A stretch of DNA of 64,000 bases from positions 32,001 through 96,000 of the IMG/VR virus record IMGVR_UViG_3300025133_000030. One strand, given 5' to 3'. The notes below the pieces were generated by a model, which worked only from the letters and a program-made list of their open reading frames with translations, was not told where the DNA came from and did not search any database. Source of the DNA: a virus. A program made the translations under genes and the position numbers. Shown piece after piece: positions 18,775-28,429 of the stretch. Every line of letters begins with the position of its first letter. The first letter of the stretch is position 1.

Positions 18775-19202
18775 AGATAGCATCTATATCGTATTTAGCA
18801 GGGGATGTCCGCACATTCGTGAAAGCCTCGCGTACAGGGCGATTCTCGCTAATTGTCCCAACCGGCACTCGTAGAGAGTTTAGGGGATCTAGGATTGTTT
18901 TATTGAAAGCAAAATCTTTCATCACCCACGAGTTGATCAAGGATAACGACCCAGTGTTGACTCTCTCAACTGGAGAAAAGCTAAGGGTATACCTAAGCGG
19001 CGATTCTACAGCAGGGGTTGTTCGGGCACTTGGAGTAGCAGAGCTTCACGATGAAGAGAATGACAACACAGGCACCGATGCCGATGATCGATACAAACCA
19101 AAACCCAAAGGTCAAGAAAATTCGGATAACTTTTCTAAGATTTTAGATGATTATGATTTTCCGTTCACTCCAGACTTTGATTTTGGAGACGGAAGCAACT
19201 AG
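18771..19202 (+). CDS. hypothetical protein
   Basis: ATGA overlap. Confidence 0.6.
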   Translation: MKIASISYLAGDVRTFVKASRTGRFSLIVPTGTRREFRGSRIVLLKAKSFITHELIKDNDPVLTLSTGEKLRVYLSGDSTAGVVRALGVAELHDEENDNTGTDADDRYKPKPKGQENSDNFSKILDDYDFPFTPDFDFGDGSN

Positions 19203-19328
19203 AGAGGAAAATATGTCTCAATTTTATTACAACATCGTAGAAGCGGGAAAAGTTAGCTTTAGTACATGGCTTGGACTGGCTGGGCTCTTCGGCCTGACCG
19301 GTCTGCTTGCCTGCTGCAAGAGGAAAAA

Positions 19329-19502
19329 ATGATTACTTGTGAAATAGTTCTCGTCAACAGCGAATCAAAAGAAGAAACAAAAGATTTGGTTGAAGTGGTC
19401 AGCTTCCCAGAGGCTGTCAGGGAAGCGTACCATATAAGGACAACAAAGGGTCATGATTGGAAAATTAAATCAGTGATCGACATCTCTCCAAAAAAGAAGT
19501 AG
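19329..19502 (+). CDS. hypothetical protein
   Basis: GAGG RBS; ATGA overlap with a small upstream ORF. Confidence 0.55.
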   Translation: MITCEIVLVNSESKEETKDLVEVVSFPEAVREAYHIRTTKGHDWKIKSVIDISPKKK

Positions 19503-19504
19503 CA

Positions 19505-19801
19505 ATGACTCAGGGTTTCAATGTTGGAGATCTAGTCGAAATAAGGATGCTTGGCTCGAACTATTATGGCGCGAAGGGTCTGGTGGTGAGCAGAATACAC
19601 TACCAACATGGACACAGCGACGACTGGATTGTATACCAGTCGTCTTCATTGGTAGTTTCTGGTGGGTCTAGACCAGCACCAGATGAGTATAGTTGTAAGG
19701 TTAAGTTGGTTTCGCGAGACGAGACGCAAAATGAATTTGTTATGATAAGAGCCAAGTGGCTCAGGATAATATCGAAAGTAGAAAAAAGAAATGATAAGTA
19801 A
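19505..19801 (+). CDS. GDLV-type SH3/KOW-like protein
   Basis: FNVGDLV...GLVV...WLRIIS. Confidence 0.65.
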   Translation: MTQGFNVGDLVEIRMLGSNYYGAKGLVVSRIHYQHGHSDDWIVYQSSSLVVSGGSRPAPDEYSCKVKLVSRDETQNEFVMIRAKWLRIISKVEKRNDK

Positions 19802-19948
19802 TATTCTTGGAAGCATTGTTGCCATCGCAGCAGGTCTAATCATCAGCCAGTTGTTTTTAGATCACATCAGAAAATAATTAATTTTTTTCTTGACAAGTGA
19901 TTGAAAATATCGTATTCTATATATACGATAAAAATCTAGGAAGACAAA

Positions 19949-20788
19949 ATGTCTTACACAGGGACAGTGCGTTGTGGCTGGTGTCACCAACAAGGCCACA
20001 ACAGAACAGGATGCCCTTCGAGAAAGGAGCAAGCCAAACGATCACCCCATGGTTTTTTGGCCCGAACGATTAGAGAGGAAGAGCGCGCTCGCGCCGAGCG
20101 TGTTGCAAGCCGCAGGTGCACATATTGCAACGAAAAAGGCCACAACCGCAGAGGCTGCAAGGTTAAAAAGCAAGATACAGCCAGAATCGAGGATAGGCAA
20201 GCTGAATATGTTGACAACTATACCGAGAATTCGGCTAAAGCTGGCCTCGGCCTCGGCGCTTTGGTGCGAGTACGAGCAATGCAAGACCCAGATGTATATG
20301 CGACGGGCTTGGTTCAGCAAATTCACTGGAATAATCTCTGGTTCTTCGCCGGAGACGAAGACTTAACTAGGCTCTGGAAACCACGCAGCCGAAAGGTGTT
20401 ATCAGTCAGGATAACTTCAATCGACAGCGACCCAGCAACTGACAAAGTCGGTTCCGACTCATGGCGATTCACCAGATATAAGATTAATGATATGTTCCCG
20501 CTCGACCATGGTGATTTAGTCTCTTTTGTCAAAAAATCTTATCACAAGGACTTTGTAAAGAATGTAAAAGATGGCATACACGTTGGCAAAGCAGATTTGC
20601 AGATCATTGGACCTTCAAAGAGGCCCTACGTAAAGCCAAAAGACCTTGATAGGATGCCATTAGACCTGAGACACAGATTCAATTTAGAAAAAAGAGCAAG
20701 CCATTACGATTATGCGAGACTACACCCAGCCAATGAAATTTGGAAATGCTTGTATCCCGAGAAAACAGAGAAGGAAAACAATGATTGA
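19949..20788 (+). CDS. double CCHC zinc-knuckle protein
   Basis: CGWCHQQGHNRTGC and CTYCNEKGHNRRGC. Confidence 0.8.
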   Translation: MSYTGTVRCGWCHQQGHNRTGCPSRKEQAKRSPHGFLARTIREEERARAERVASRRCTYCNEKGHNRRGCKVKKQDTARIEDRQAEYVDNYTENSAKAGLGLGALVRVRAMQDPDVYATGLVQQIHWNNLWFFAGDEDLTRLWKPRSRKVLSVRITSIDSDPATDKVGSDSWRFTRYKINDMFPLDHGDLVSFVKKSYHKDFVKNVKDGIHVGKADLQIIGPSKRPYVKPKDLDRMPLDLRHRFNLEKRASHYDYARLHPANEIWKCLYPEKTEKENND

Positions 20789-21041
20789 CCCATATAATAT
20801 TCACCCGAATGCCGAAAAAAACACAGAAAAGAATTCAACGAGAGAAGTGCTTGACAATATTTCTCACTTTATGGAATCACTGAACACGGAAATGAGACTA
20901 AACGACCACCTTCACCGAGCTGACGAGAGATCTGGAGCAGAGTGGCGAGCGGTGAAGGACTCTCTGGAGAAAATCCACAGGAAATGGAGTACTCAAAAAA
21001 GCTTAACGGAAGCGAGATTGTCTACGGAGTACCATCAATGA
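20781..21041 (+). CDS. hypothetical protein
   Basis: AAGGA RBS. Confidence 0.6.
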   Translation: MIDPYNIHPNAEKNTEKNSTREVLDNISHFMESLNTEMRLNDHLHRADERSGAEWRAVKDSLEKIHRKWSTQKSLTEARLSTEYHQ

Positions 21042-21622
21042 GTTTGGCCGAATATATTCCGATGATGACGAACAGGGAAGTTTCTGCTCTTGCAAGAAAT
21101 AGATTCATCGACTCTCCAACACAGTTTGCCATAGCGGAGCATGGTACTTTGTCGAGCCGACGACACTTAGCTAGGAACCCATCCCTTGATACAGGTGTTC
21201 GAGACGTTCTGGTAGACGACCGCGCAAACAGTGTCAAGTGGGTCTTGGTGGAGTACCAAGCCCTTGACGACAAGCCAGACTTAATTAGGGAAGTCTATAG
21301 GGGGACTCCACGAAGGTATTGGAACCCTTGGAGGCTTGGTTCTACTTTTGTGGGATATCAAAATACCGCACCAAACACTCCCTCTGATGTTTTAAAGGAT
21401 ATCTATATGAACTATTATCGACCGGCAGAGGAGGGAGACGAGTCATCACACTTCTATTCTTCGGGTTTCCGTTTCGGCAGCGACGGATATTGGTCCGAAA
21501 AGATGATGAAACATAAAAACGTCAACGAGGAGTTGGCAGTGATTGTATCTACCTCCCCCGCAGAGAGAGCCAAGAAAGCTGCGTTTGCTAAACTGGTTGT
21601 TCTTCGCAACGAAAAAAAATAA
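21038..21622 (+). CDS. helical-repeat (LRV-like) protein
   Basis: ALARN, RRHLARNPSL, APNTPSDVL. Confidence 0.55.
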   Translation: MSLAEYIPMMTNREVSALARNRFIDSPTQFAIAEHGTLSSRRHLARNPSLDTGVRDVLVDDRANSVKWVLVEYQALDDKPDLIREVYRGTPRRYWNPWRLGSTFVGYQNTAPNTPSDVLKDIYMNYYRPAEEGDESSHFYSSGFRFGSDGYWSEKMMKHKNVNEELAVIVSTSPAERAKKAAFAKLVVLRNEKK

Positions 21623-21721
21623 TATTATTTTAAAGAAAGTTCTTGCATTTTACCTCAACCTGTGAGATACTTATTAAAGATAGAGAAATGGCCAAAACCA
21701 CATTCCAAGGAGAAATTTTAA

Positions 21722-22801
21722 GTGGCTATCGATTTTAAGACCTTTGTAGAAGTTGTCAAGTATGTTACCGACGTGCATAAGCCCGTCATTATTCGAGGAC
21801 GCCACGGCGTTGGTAAGTCAACTGTTGTTTATCAATACGCTGACAAGATTGGTCTTCCAGTTGTAGAACGCAGGGCTTCCCAGATGACTGAAGGCGACCT
21901 TGTTGGTCTTCCGATTATTGAAGCGGAAAGCACTAGGTTCAATCCGCCAGACTGGTTCAAGCGCGCCTGCGACGAGCCTGTTATCTTGTTTCTCGACGAA
22001 GTTGATCGTGCGACTCTTGAGGTTCGCCAAGGTATCTTCGAGTTGACTGACAGTCGCAAGCTGAACGGACATGTCCTCCACCCTGACACATTGATTTTTG
22101 CGGCAGTTAATGGTGGCGAACATGGTGAGCAGTACCAAGTCGGAGAGATGGACCCAGCAGAATTGGATCGCTGGACTGTGTTTGATATTGAGCCATCCGT
22201 TGAGGATTGGCTGAACTGGGCTTCCGACAACGAGATCAGCACAGAAGTTTGGGACTTTATCAATCAAAATCGCAATCATCTTGAGCATAACGACGACTTC
22301 GAGCCTAACAAGGTATACCCATCTCGCCGTTCATGGGAGAGATTGAATCAGTGTTTGGCCAGTGCTTCTCTCTTGGATGAGGGCAGTCCTACTTTGTTCA
22401 ACCTCACCGCTGCATTTTGTGGTTTCGAGGCTGCCGTCGCGTTCAATGATTTTGTCACAAACTACGACAGGCAAGTAACCCCAGAGGACATCCTTTTGGA
22501 TGGTGACTTTAGTAAGGTTGGTGACTTCAAGATTAACGACCACACTGCAATGATTGATAAGTTTGAGGCCGCGAATTCCTTCAAGGATGCTTTGGACCAA
22601 GACCAGATTGACAACCTTGCAAAGTATTTCTTGATGCTTCCTAGTGAAGTGGCAATGAAGCTCTGGACAGTGCTTGGTTCTGGCGCTCTAGACAACACAA
22701 TCAAGCTTCATCAGTCGGTCGTCAAGGTCGATGGCAAGAAGCGATCAGTAGCAGACTACCTAGTGCAAATCCTTTCATCTGACGAAGGCTCTGAAAACTA
22801 A
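21722..22801 (+). CDS. MoxR/AAA_5-type ATPase
   Basis: GRHGVGKS Walker A, LFLDEVDR Walker B, MDPAELDR, PSRRSW. Confidence 0.9.
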   Translation: MAIDFKTFVEVVKYVTDVHKPVIIRGRHGVGKSTVVYQYADKIGLPVVERRASQMTEGDLVGLPIIEAESTRFNPPDWFKRACDEPVILFLDEVDRATLEVRQGIFELTDSRKLNGHVLHPDTLIFAAVNGGEHGEQYQVGEMDPAELDRWTVFDIEPSVEDWLNWASDNEISTEVWDFINQNRNHLEHNDDFEPNKVYPSRRSWERLNQCLASASLLDEGSPTLFNLTAAFCGFEAAVAFNDFVTNYDRQVTPEDILLDGDFSKVGDFKINDHTAMIDKFEAANSFKDALDQDQIDNLAKYFLMLPSEVAMKLWTVLGSGALDNTIKLHQSVVKVDGKKRSVADYLVQILSSDEGSEN

Positions 22802-22803
22802 AG

Positions 22804-24081
22804 GTGCTTACAATGTCCGATTCAGCGAATCAGAAACGGCCTTTCGATCTCAATATTCACATGGCTCGACTACTAATGGACGAGCCATTCTTTGCAGCTA
22901 TCAGCCGCAGGATCGATAAGAACTCAAGCAACGCCATTCCTACTGCTGGTGTAAGAGTTAATCCTCACACTGCTCAGTTTGAAATGTTGTATAATCCGAG
23001 CTTTTTTGAGAAGTTGACAGATGCCGAACGCCGCGACGTTCTTAAGCATGAATTTTATCATGTTGTGTTTATGCACGTGACAGACCGTATGCCTAATGGC
23101 GCTATGACGCGCCAGTGGAACATCGCAACTGACCTCGCCATCAATAGTCATCTTCATAATCTACCTGAAGGTGGTTTAATTCCGGGCAAGGAGGGTACTC
23201 CTTTCGAGGACTTGCCTCGTGGTATGTCTGCTGAGTGGTATTTGGCAAACCTGCCCGATTTGAGCAAGAACAAGGGAGACGACAAGGATGAAAATAAGAA
23301 CGAAGGTGAATCTTCCGATGGCCCCGGAAGTGGAACTGGAGGCGAAGGTCAGTCTCAACCGCAAAGCGGTGAAGGCGATGGCTATGGCGACATTGAAACT
23401 CTTGACGATCACAGCGGTTGGGGCGATGTATCGGATGAGGTCAAAGAGATCGCAAAAGAGCGACTGAAGGAAATTGTCAAGCAGGCGTCTGAAGACTGCG
23501 CTCGTGGGAATTCATGGGGCAGCGTACCTCAGCAATGTCGTGAAAAGATTATGAAGGGGTTGCAGTCAAAGATTGACTGGCGTAGTGTGCTGCGGTATTT
23601 CATTAAGACATCCCAGAGGGCAAACAAGTCAAGCTCCATCAAGAGAATCAATCGTAGGTATGCCTACATCCATCCCGGCAGAAAGACCAATCGAGTCGCG
23701 AAGGTTGCAATCAGTATTGATCAGTCAGGTTCTGTTGACAATGGAATGCTTGCTCAATTCTTTGCTGAGTTGAATAAGCTTTCTGAGTTGGCCGAGTTTA
23801 CTGTGATTCCTTTTGACACCGAAGTTGCAGAGGATAAGGTATATGTATGGAAGAAGGGCGAAAAGCGCGTATGGGAGAGAGTGCTTTGCGGAGGCACTGA
23901 CTTCGACGCTCCCACTGAGTATGTTAATAAGCAAGGTGACTTTGATGGTCATATTATTTTGACTGATCTTTGTGCGCCGAAGCCAAAGTCGAGTAAGTGT
24001 CAGCGCATGTGGATGACTACTCCACAGTATGCCTCTCGTCCTTACTTTGCGACAAAAGAAAAGATCGTGGCCATCGAGTAG
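22804..24081 (+). CDS. DUF2201-type metallopeptidase plus VWA domain protein
   Basis: HEFYH, NIATDLAIN, DQSGS MIDAS, GGTDF, LTD. Confidence 0.88.
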   Translation: MLTMSDSANQKRPFDLNIHMARLLMDEPFFAAISRRIDKNSSNAIPTAGVRVNPHTAQFEMLYNPSFFEKLTDAERRDVLKHEFYHVVFMHVTDRMPNGAMTRQWNIATDLAINSHLHNLPEGGLIPGKEGTPFEDLPRGMSAEWYLANLPDLSKNKGDDKDENKNEGESSDGPGSGTGGEGQSQPQSGEGDGYGDIETLDDHSGWGDVSDEVKEIAKERLKEIVKQASEDCARGNSWGSVPQQCREKIMKGLQSKIDWRSVLRYFIKTSQRANKSSSIKRINRRYAYIHPGRKTNRVAKVAISIDQSGSVDNGMLAQFFAELNKLSELAEFTVIPFDTEVAEDKVYVWKKGEKRVWERVLCGGTDFDAPTEYVNKQGDFDGHIILTDLCAPKPKSSKCQRMWMTTPQYASRPYFATKEKIVAIE

Positions 24082-24284
24082 TGCCTACGGGCATCGAAAG
24101 TACAACTCAATGGTCATTGTGGGCAGCTGTAAACTATATAATAGAAAATGGGGAGCGAATATCTATTACCGCGCCCTTGGTAGACTCCTTGTATCCATAG
24201 GTTGATACAGGATAAAATCGAAAGTAAATTAGAGTAGGTTAGCGTTTCCCGTGAGTGAAGCAAGAGGTGACTCGCCTGCCCACA
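24081..24284 (+). ncRNA. candidate structured ncRNA (unassigned)
   Basis: TGTGGGCAG/CTGCCCACA closing stem with several internal stems; cTACGg hairpin. Confidence 0.4.
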
Positions 24285-24308
24285 TTATTTATTAGGAGAT
24301 ATGCGAAA

Positions 24309-24497
24309 ATGTATAACATCGGAGATCTAGTAGTTACGAATTCATGTAGCGAACTAGGAGTCGTGACCGCCCACGTTGAAGGCTTGAAAAGGTATGTAGT
24401 ATACTGGTTCATAAGCAAGAACTATAACTCTGTGAACGAAAAGCACCTAAAATTTTACAAAGCTGAGTATAATTACTCATGTGTTAAACATAGGTGA
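24309..24497 (+). CDS. GDLV-type SH3/KOW-like protein
   Basis: AGGAG RBS; MYNIGDLV...GVV...VYW. Confidence 0.65.
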   Translation: MYNIGDLVVTNSCSELGVVTAHVEGLKRYVVYWFISKNYNSVNEKHLKFYKAEYNYSCVKHR

Positions 24498-24684
24498 CCT
24501 AGTAGCGTGTTATGTACTTAATTCGTCCCTTGAGGATGAAGCAATGCTTCAGTACGGCCTAGTACTGGAGCGCAATGAGCATCTTGAAGATGTTTTAGTG
24601 TTGGATAATTACGGGGAGATAAGATGGTGGCCAAACAAGAGGTGGAGACTTCTAAAGAAGAAGCCGAATCACCGCTGGTTCTAG
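24481..24684 (+). CDS. GDLV-type SH3/KOW-like protein
   Basis: LNIGDLV...YGLV. Confidence 0.65.
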   Translation: MLNIGDLVACYVLNSSLEDEAMLQYGLVLERNEHLEDVLVLDNYGEIRWWPNKRWRLLKKKPNHRWF

Positions 24685-24923
24685 GAGATGTAATCAGGAT
24701 AATCGAAACATATGACGTGTTTGGATTCGATGTGGATGGCATGATAGCAATGGTGTTGAAGCCAACGAGCAGTATGGACCCGCTCAGGCACATGGTGTAT
24801 GTCCCAGAGATAGATGACTATTGCGAACCGAAAGAGAGTATGATCGAGCGACTCATTGGAGAGACAATGACGCACCCACACGGAAGAGTAGCTGTGATGG
24901 GCAACTTCGCTGATCAAGAATAA
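24624..24923 (+). CDS. SH3-like hypothetical protein
   Basis: LGDVIRI. Confidence 0.55.
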   Translation: MVAKQEVETSKEEAESPLVLGDVIRIIETYDVFGFDVDGMIAMVLKPTSSMDPLRHMVYVPEIDDYCEPKESMIERLIGETMTHPHGRVAVMGNFADQE

Positions 24924-25172
24924 TATTATTTACTTGCAATTTTAGTGTGACCGTGGTACAGTTATATGCAACGTATACTTAAAGGAGTATCTAGTGGTCA
25001 TATATCACCTAGCATATAGAATTAATAACGGAGATAGGCAACATATCTACGCGATTAAGAAGATTTGCGAAAAGAAAAAGAAAAAACTTACTGAAGAACA
25101 CGGTGAAAACATCAAATTTTATCGTATGAATGCCTGCCATAGCGGGTACAGAGCTTAAAAGAAGGAGAAAAA

Positions 25173-25469
25173 ATGTCAATTTTTGAAGAATATGACGGCG
25201 ACATCAGAGAAAACCTAAGATCCAGAGCGGAAGTCATCATTGAGAGTATCGCTGAGTCTTATGAAAATGGATCCATTGATGATCCCAAAGCAAATCACAC
25301 CATGATGAGTTTGTTTGCATTAGCGTGTGAGAATAAGATCGAAGGAGAGATGGCCGAACCCGGTGTCAAGTGGACTCTAACAGCAGCATACTCAAAGAAG
25401 TTAGAAGAAGAGCTTATGAATTGGTCCGCAATTGATGGATCATCCAAGGTGGTAAAAGGCCCGTGGTAA
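25173..25469 (+). CDS. hypothetical protein
   Basis: AAGGAG RBS. Confidence 0.7.
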   Translation: MSIFEEYDGDIRENLRSRAEVIIESIAESYENGSIDDPKANHTMMSLFALACENKIEGEMAEPGVKWTLTAAYSKKLEEELMNWSAIDGSSKVVKGPW

Positions 25470-25756
25470 CAATTACCACATCGAGTTCATTTGCACTGGC
25501 GAACATCGGTGGTAAGAGATATGTTGTTCCGCAATGGATAGAAGTACCGCTAGGTACGACTCTTGCAGACGTGAAGGTGGTTCGTCCAGATCCACCAGTT
25601 AATGCTGTGACCATTGTAAAAGAAGAGTATATAACAGGGTCGAAGGGTGATGAATACCTAGTGAAGGTTCTTAGTGACGGCTCTGGTACGTGCGAATGTT
25701 GGGGATACCGACGACGAAAAGACTGCAAGCATCTAAAAGCCTTGCGAAATACATAA
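25463..25756 (+). CDS. SWIM zinc-finger protein
   Basis: GSKGDEY...CECWGY...CKH. Confidence 0.8.
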   Translation: MVTITTSSSFALANIGGKRYVVPQWIEVPLGTTLADVKVVRPDPPVNAVTIVKEEYITGSKGDEYLVKVLSDGSGTCECWGYRRRKDCKHLKALRNT

Positions 25757-25770
25757 ATAAAGGAAAAGAA

Positions 25771-27081
25771 ATGTTAAAGAATATCATTATTGTCTTGATA
25801 ACAACAGTTACGTATGCTATGGCAGAAGCGCCATTTGAATGCGACGATAACTTTGGTGAGTGCGGCACACCGGAGATGTCTGGCGGAGGAAACGCCGGCG
25901 GTGGGTCTATGCTCATCAATAATTCAGATTTAGGCGATACATATCAACGCGCCGACGATTATGACGACGACGGAGTTGAAGATCCGCATGACAACTGTCC
26001 GCGTCTGCGAAATCTTGATCAGTTTGATACAGACGGTGACGGAGTAGGAGATGCTTGCGATAATTGTATGCACTTGGCGAATGATGATCAATTTGATTCA
26101 GATTCAGACGACTTCGGAGATGCCTGTGATGTGGACATTGACGGCGACGGAAACAACAACGACGTAGACAGTTGCCCTCTTGTTCCAAATGGCTCTGATC
26201 CTGATTTAGACTCGGATGGGATCGGTGATGCCTGCGATGAAGACATCGACGGCGACGGCATTAACAACCTCGACGATAATTGCCCTATGATTCCCGGCGA
26301 AATCGTAGAGGCTCCGGATGATTCGACGGAGTGTTTTCCTGATGTCGACCGCGACGGATCACCGGACCCAACGGTGGATAACTGCATTGGAATTTACAAC
26401 CCTTTACAGTACGACGCTGACGCCGACGGACTGGGCACTCCATGCGATCCAGACGATGATGCAGACATGGTACCGGATAACATCGACAATTGCACAGGTG
26501 TATTTAATCCTCACCAGAGAGACCTCGACCGCGATGGTTTAGGAGACGACGGCTGTGATGATATATATTGCTTTGTGGTGTACGGCGATAAAGCAAACTG
26601 TCTAGACCCGGCAGCTCCGCTTCAGGCTTATTCGCCCTCGCTGATCGCATCAGTAGGTGAGCCTGTCCCTCTTCGTCTGTTCATGAATAGGACAAATCAG
26701 TCAACCAGATATCAGTGGACCTTGGTTTCTCGACCGCGCACTTCCGCTGCTGTAATAAGAAGCGGATCTGGTCACGTTAACACATCAGATCCTTATGAAT
26801 ATCAATACGACAACTCTCGTCCGATGATCACCCCTGACGTTAGTGGGGAGTATGTTATTAGGGTTGATGTCGTCACTGTCTTCGAGGACTCGGTCTCTCG
26901 CGAAATTCAAACCCGCGCTACTTTCACTAGCCGAGTGGAGGTTGCAGGATATCACATTCCGAAATTGCGTCACCAATCCGGATGTAATGTTAACGTCGCG
27001 ACCACTGACCACCCATGGGTTTTCTATTGTTTTATTTTGGTGGCTCTATTCAGAAAAAGATTGACACGAACAGGGAAATAG
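25771..27081 (+). CDS. secreted thrombospondin type-3-repeat protein with MYXO-CTERM-like tail
   Basis: signal peptide; many DxDGDGxGDACD/DNCP repeats; SGC-hydrophobic-RKR C-terminus. Confidence 0.85.
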   Translation: MLKNIIIVLITTVTYAMAEAPFECDDNFGECGTPEMSGGGNAGGGSMLINNSDLGDTYQRADDYDDDGVEDPHDNCPRLRNLDQFDTDGDGVGDACDNCMHLANDDQFDSDSDDFGDACDVDIDGDGNNNDVDSCPLVPNGSDPDLDSDGIGDACDEDIDGDGINNLDDNCPMIPGEIVEAPDDSTECFPDVDRDGSPDPTVDNCIGIYNPLQYDADADGLGTPCDPDDDADMVPDNIDNCTGVFNPHQRDLDRDGLGDDGCDDIYCFVVYGDKANCLDPAAPLQAYSPSLIASVGEPVPLRLFMNRTNQSTRYQWTLVSRPRTSAAVIRSGSGHVNTSDPYEYQYDNSRPMITPDVSGEYVIRVDVVTVFEDSVSREIQTRATFTSRVEVAGYHIPKLRHQSGCNVNVATTDHPWVFYCFILVALFRKRLTRTGK

Positions 27082-27089
27082 TGTAATAT
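27061..27089 (+). promoter_or_regulatory. sigma70 promoter heading cassette array 1
   Basis: TTGACA-N17-TAATAT. Confidence 0.7.
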
Positions 27090-27128
27090 GTAAGAACAGT
27101 GGGAGCTTTTTGAAAGAACAGATGAAAA

Positions 27129-27347
27129 TTGGTGATTAAAGTAGGAGATCTGGTTAGGTATACCAACCTTGCCTACCCGGATGAAGGTATCGGCCTCGTT
27201 TTGGAATACGAGAAGATCCCCAACAAACTTGAGTTTGAGTTTAAGGTCCGCTGGACAGATCATTCCAGTTCAAACCGAGACTGGTACAGGGAAGGTGAAC
27301 TGGAGTTGATCGTTGAACGTCGGAGATTTAGTAAGCTATCTGGATAG
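27129..27347 (+). CDS. array SH3/KOW-like cassette
   Basis: IKVGDLV...ELELIVE. Confidence 0.75.
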   Translation: MVIKVGDLVRYTNLAYPDEGIGLVLEYEKIPNKLEFEFKVRWTDHSSSNRDWYREGELELIVERRRFSKLSG

Positions 27348-27498
27348 GTATTGCGGTATTGTGGTGGCTATCGATGAGCCCAACCCACACCACGCCTCCG
27401 CCGCCACAGGAGTTGTTGTCATTTGGGTAGATACCGGCTTCAGATCGTGGGAGTTCACGAATCAGTTGGAGGTAGTTAGTGAATATAAAAAAGGGTGA
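27313..27498 (+). CDS. array SH3/KOW-like cassette
   Basis: MNVGDLV...LEVVSE. Confidence 0.75.
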   Translation: MNVGDLVSYLDRYCGIVVAIDEPNPHHASAATGVVVIWVDTGFRSWEFTNQLEVVSEYKKG

Positions 27499-27670
27499 TC
27501 TAGTCACCAACAAGCTCCACATAGGCCTGCCGAAAACGCATGGCATCGTGACAAGAACTCCTGAGGAAACAAACAATGGAGACTACGAAGTATGGTATAC
27601 TACAGGCGTATATACAAGAAAAATATTTTGTGCACCGAGACAATTGGTGTTAATAAGTGAAAGTCGGTGA
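27479..27670 (+). CDS. array SH3/KOW-like cassette
   Basis: KKGDLV...LISESR. Confidence 0.75.
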   Translation: MNIKKGDLVTNKLHIGLPKTHGIVTRTPEETNNGDYEVWYTTGVYTRKIFCAPRQLVLISESR

Positions 27671-27836
27671 TCTGATTGAGTGGAATCTTCATACGCTACG
27701 CCCACGCGGTATCATAATCGGCCTTAATGGGGATTTCGCGGAGCTTTTTTGGTTTCAAAACACGCGACTTTCCCTATCTGGTAAAATTTCATATGTTGGA
27801 AAACGAGAATTGAAGGTAATCAGTGAAAGTCGGTGA
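27657..27836 (+). CDS. array cassette (59 aa, not in ORF track)
   Basis: MKVGDLIEWN...ELKVISESR, translated by hand. Confidence 0.75.
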   Translation: MKVGDLIEWNLHTLRPRGIIIGLNGDFAELFWFQNTRLSLSGKISYVGKRELKVISESR

Positions 27837-28020
27837 CTTGATAGTGTATCGTAATGTTATGTACCCTTCCCGGCAACACTTAGAGCGTCCCGCAATCGTG
27901 GTCAAGCAGCGGGTCTCTCACATAAAGGGCAAGAAAAACTTCCGCATTTACTATCCATGCCACAATGAATGGTTAAATTGTTGGGAAGATGAATTTGAGG
28001 TCGTCAGTGAAAGTCGGTGA
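27823..28020 (+). CDS. array cassette
   Basis: MKVGDLI...FEVVSESR. Confidence 0.8.
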   Translation: MKVGDLIVYRNVMYPSRQHLERPAIVVKQRVSHIKGKKNFRIYYPCHNEWLNCWEDEFEVVSESR

Positions 28021-28231
28021 TTTGGTGAAGTACACTCCGTTTCCGCACGAAGAGCTTCATAAATCTGGAATGACAGGTCTGGTTACATCTGAGCCTTATG
28101 TTGACAGAGGCATTGGGGACATGCATTTAATTGACATCATGTGGACAAGGGATCGAGGTACGGGATATCCCGCAGGATGCATATGTCAGGAATACGTGGA
28201 TGAGCTGGAGGTAGTAAATGAGTCTAAATAG
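28007..28231 (+). CDS. array cassette
   Basis: GTG start at junction; MKVGDLV...LEVVNESK. Confidence 0.8.
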   Translation: MKVGDLVKYTPFPHEELHKSGMTGLVTSEPYVDRGIGDMHLIDIMWTRDRGTGYPAGCICQEYVDELEVVNESK

Positions 28232-28394
28232 AGGTGATCGAGTAGTGATCACAAATAAGAACAACATCGAAGCGGAAGTCATTGGCTTTTATACTCATTC
28301 ACAGGATGCAAGAGTAAGAACAATTGCTGGCCATGAGTGGATTATTAGTCCCATTTTTCTTGAAAAAGTTGTTGACAGCAGCAAGAAAAAGTGA
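28218..28394 (+). CDS. terminal array cassette (58 aa, not in ORF track)
   Basis: MSLNRGDRVV...LEKVV; GGAGGT RBS. Confidence 0.65.
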   Translation: MSLNRGDRVVITNKNNIEAEVIGFYTHSQDARVRTIAGHEWIISPIFLEKVVDSSKKK

Positions 28395-28429
28395 TAATAT
28401 ATAAATATACAGAATGAGGAAAACTCAGA

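Larger units (their letters stand above)
27129..28394 (+). repeat. tandem mini-gene cassette array 1 (7 units)
   Basis: junction starts at 27313, 27479, 27657, 27823, 28007, 28218. Confidence 0.85.
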
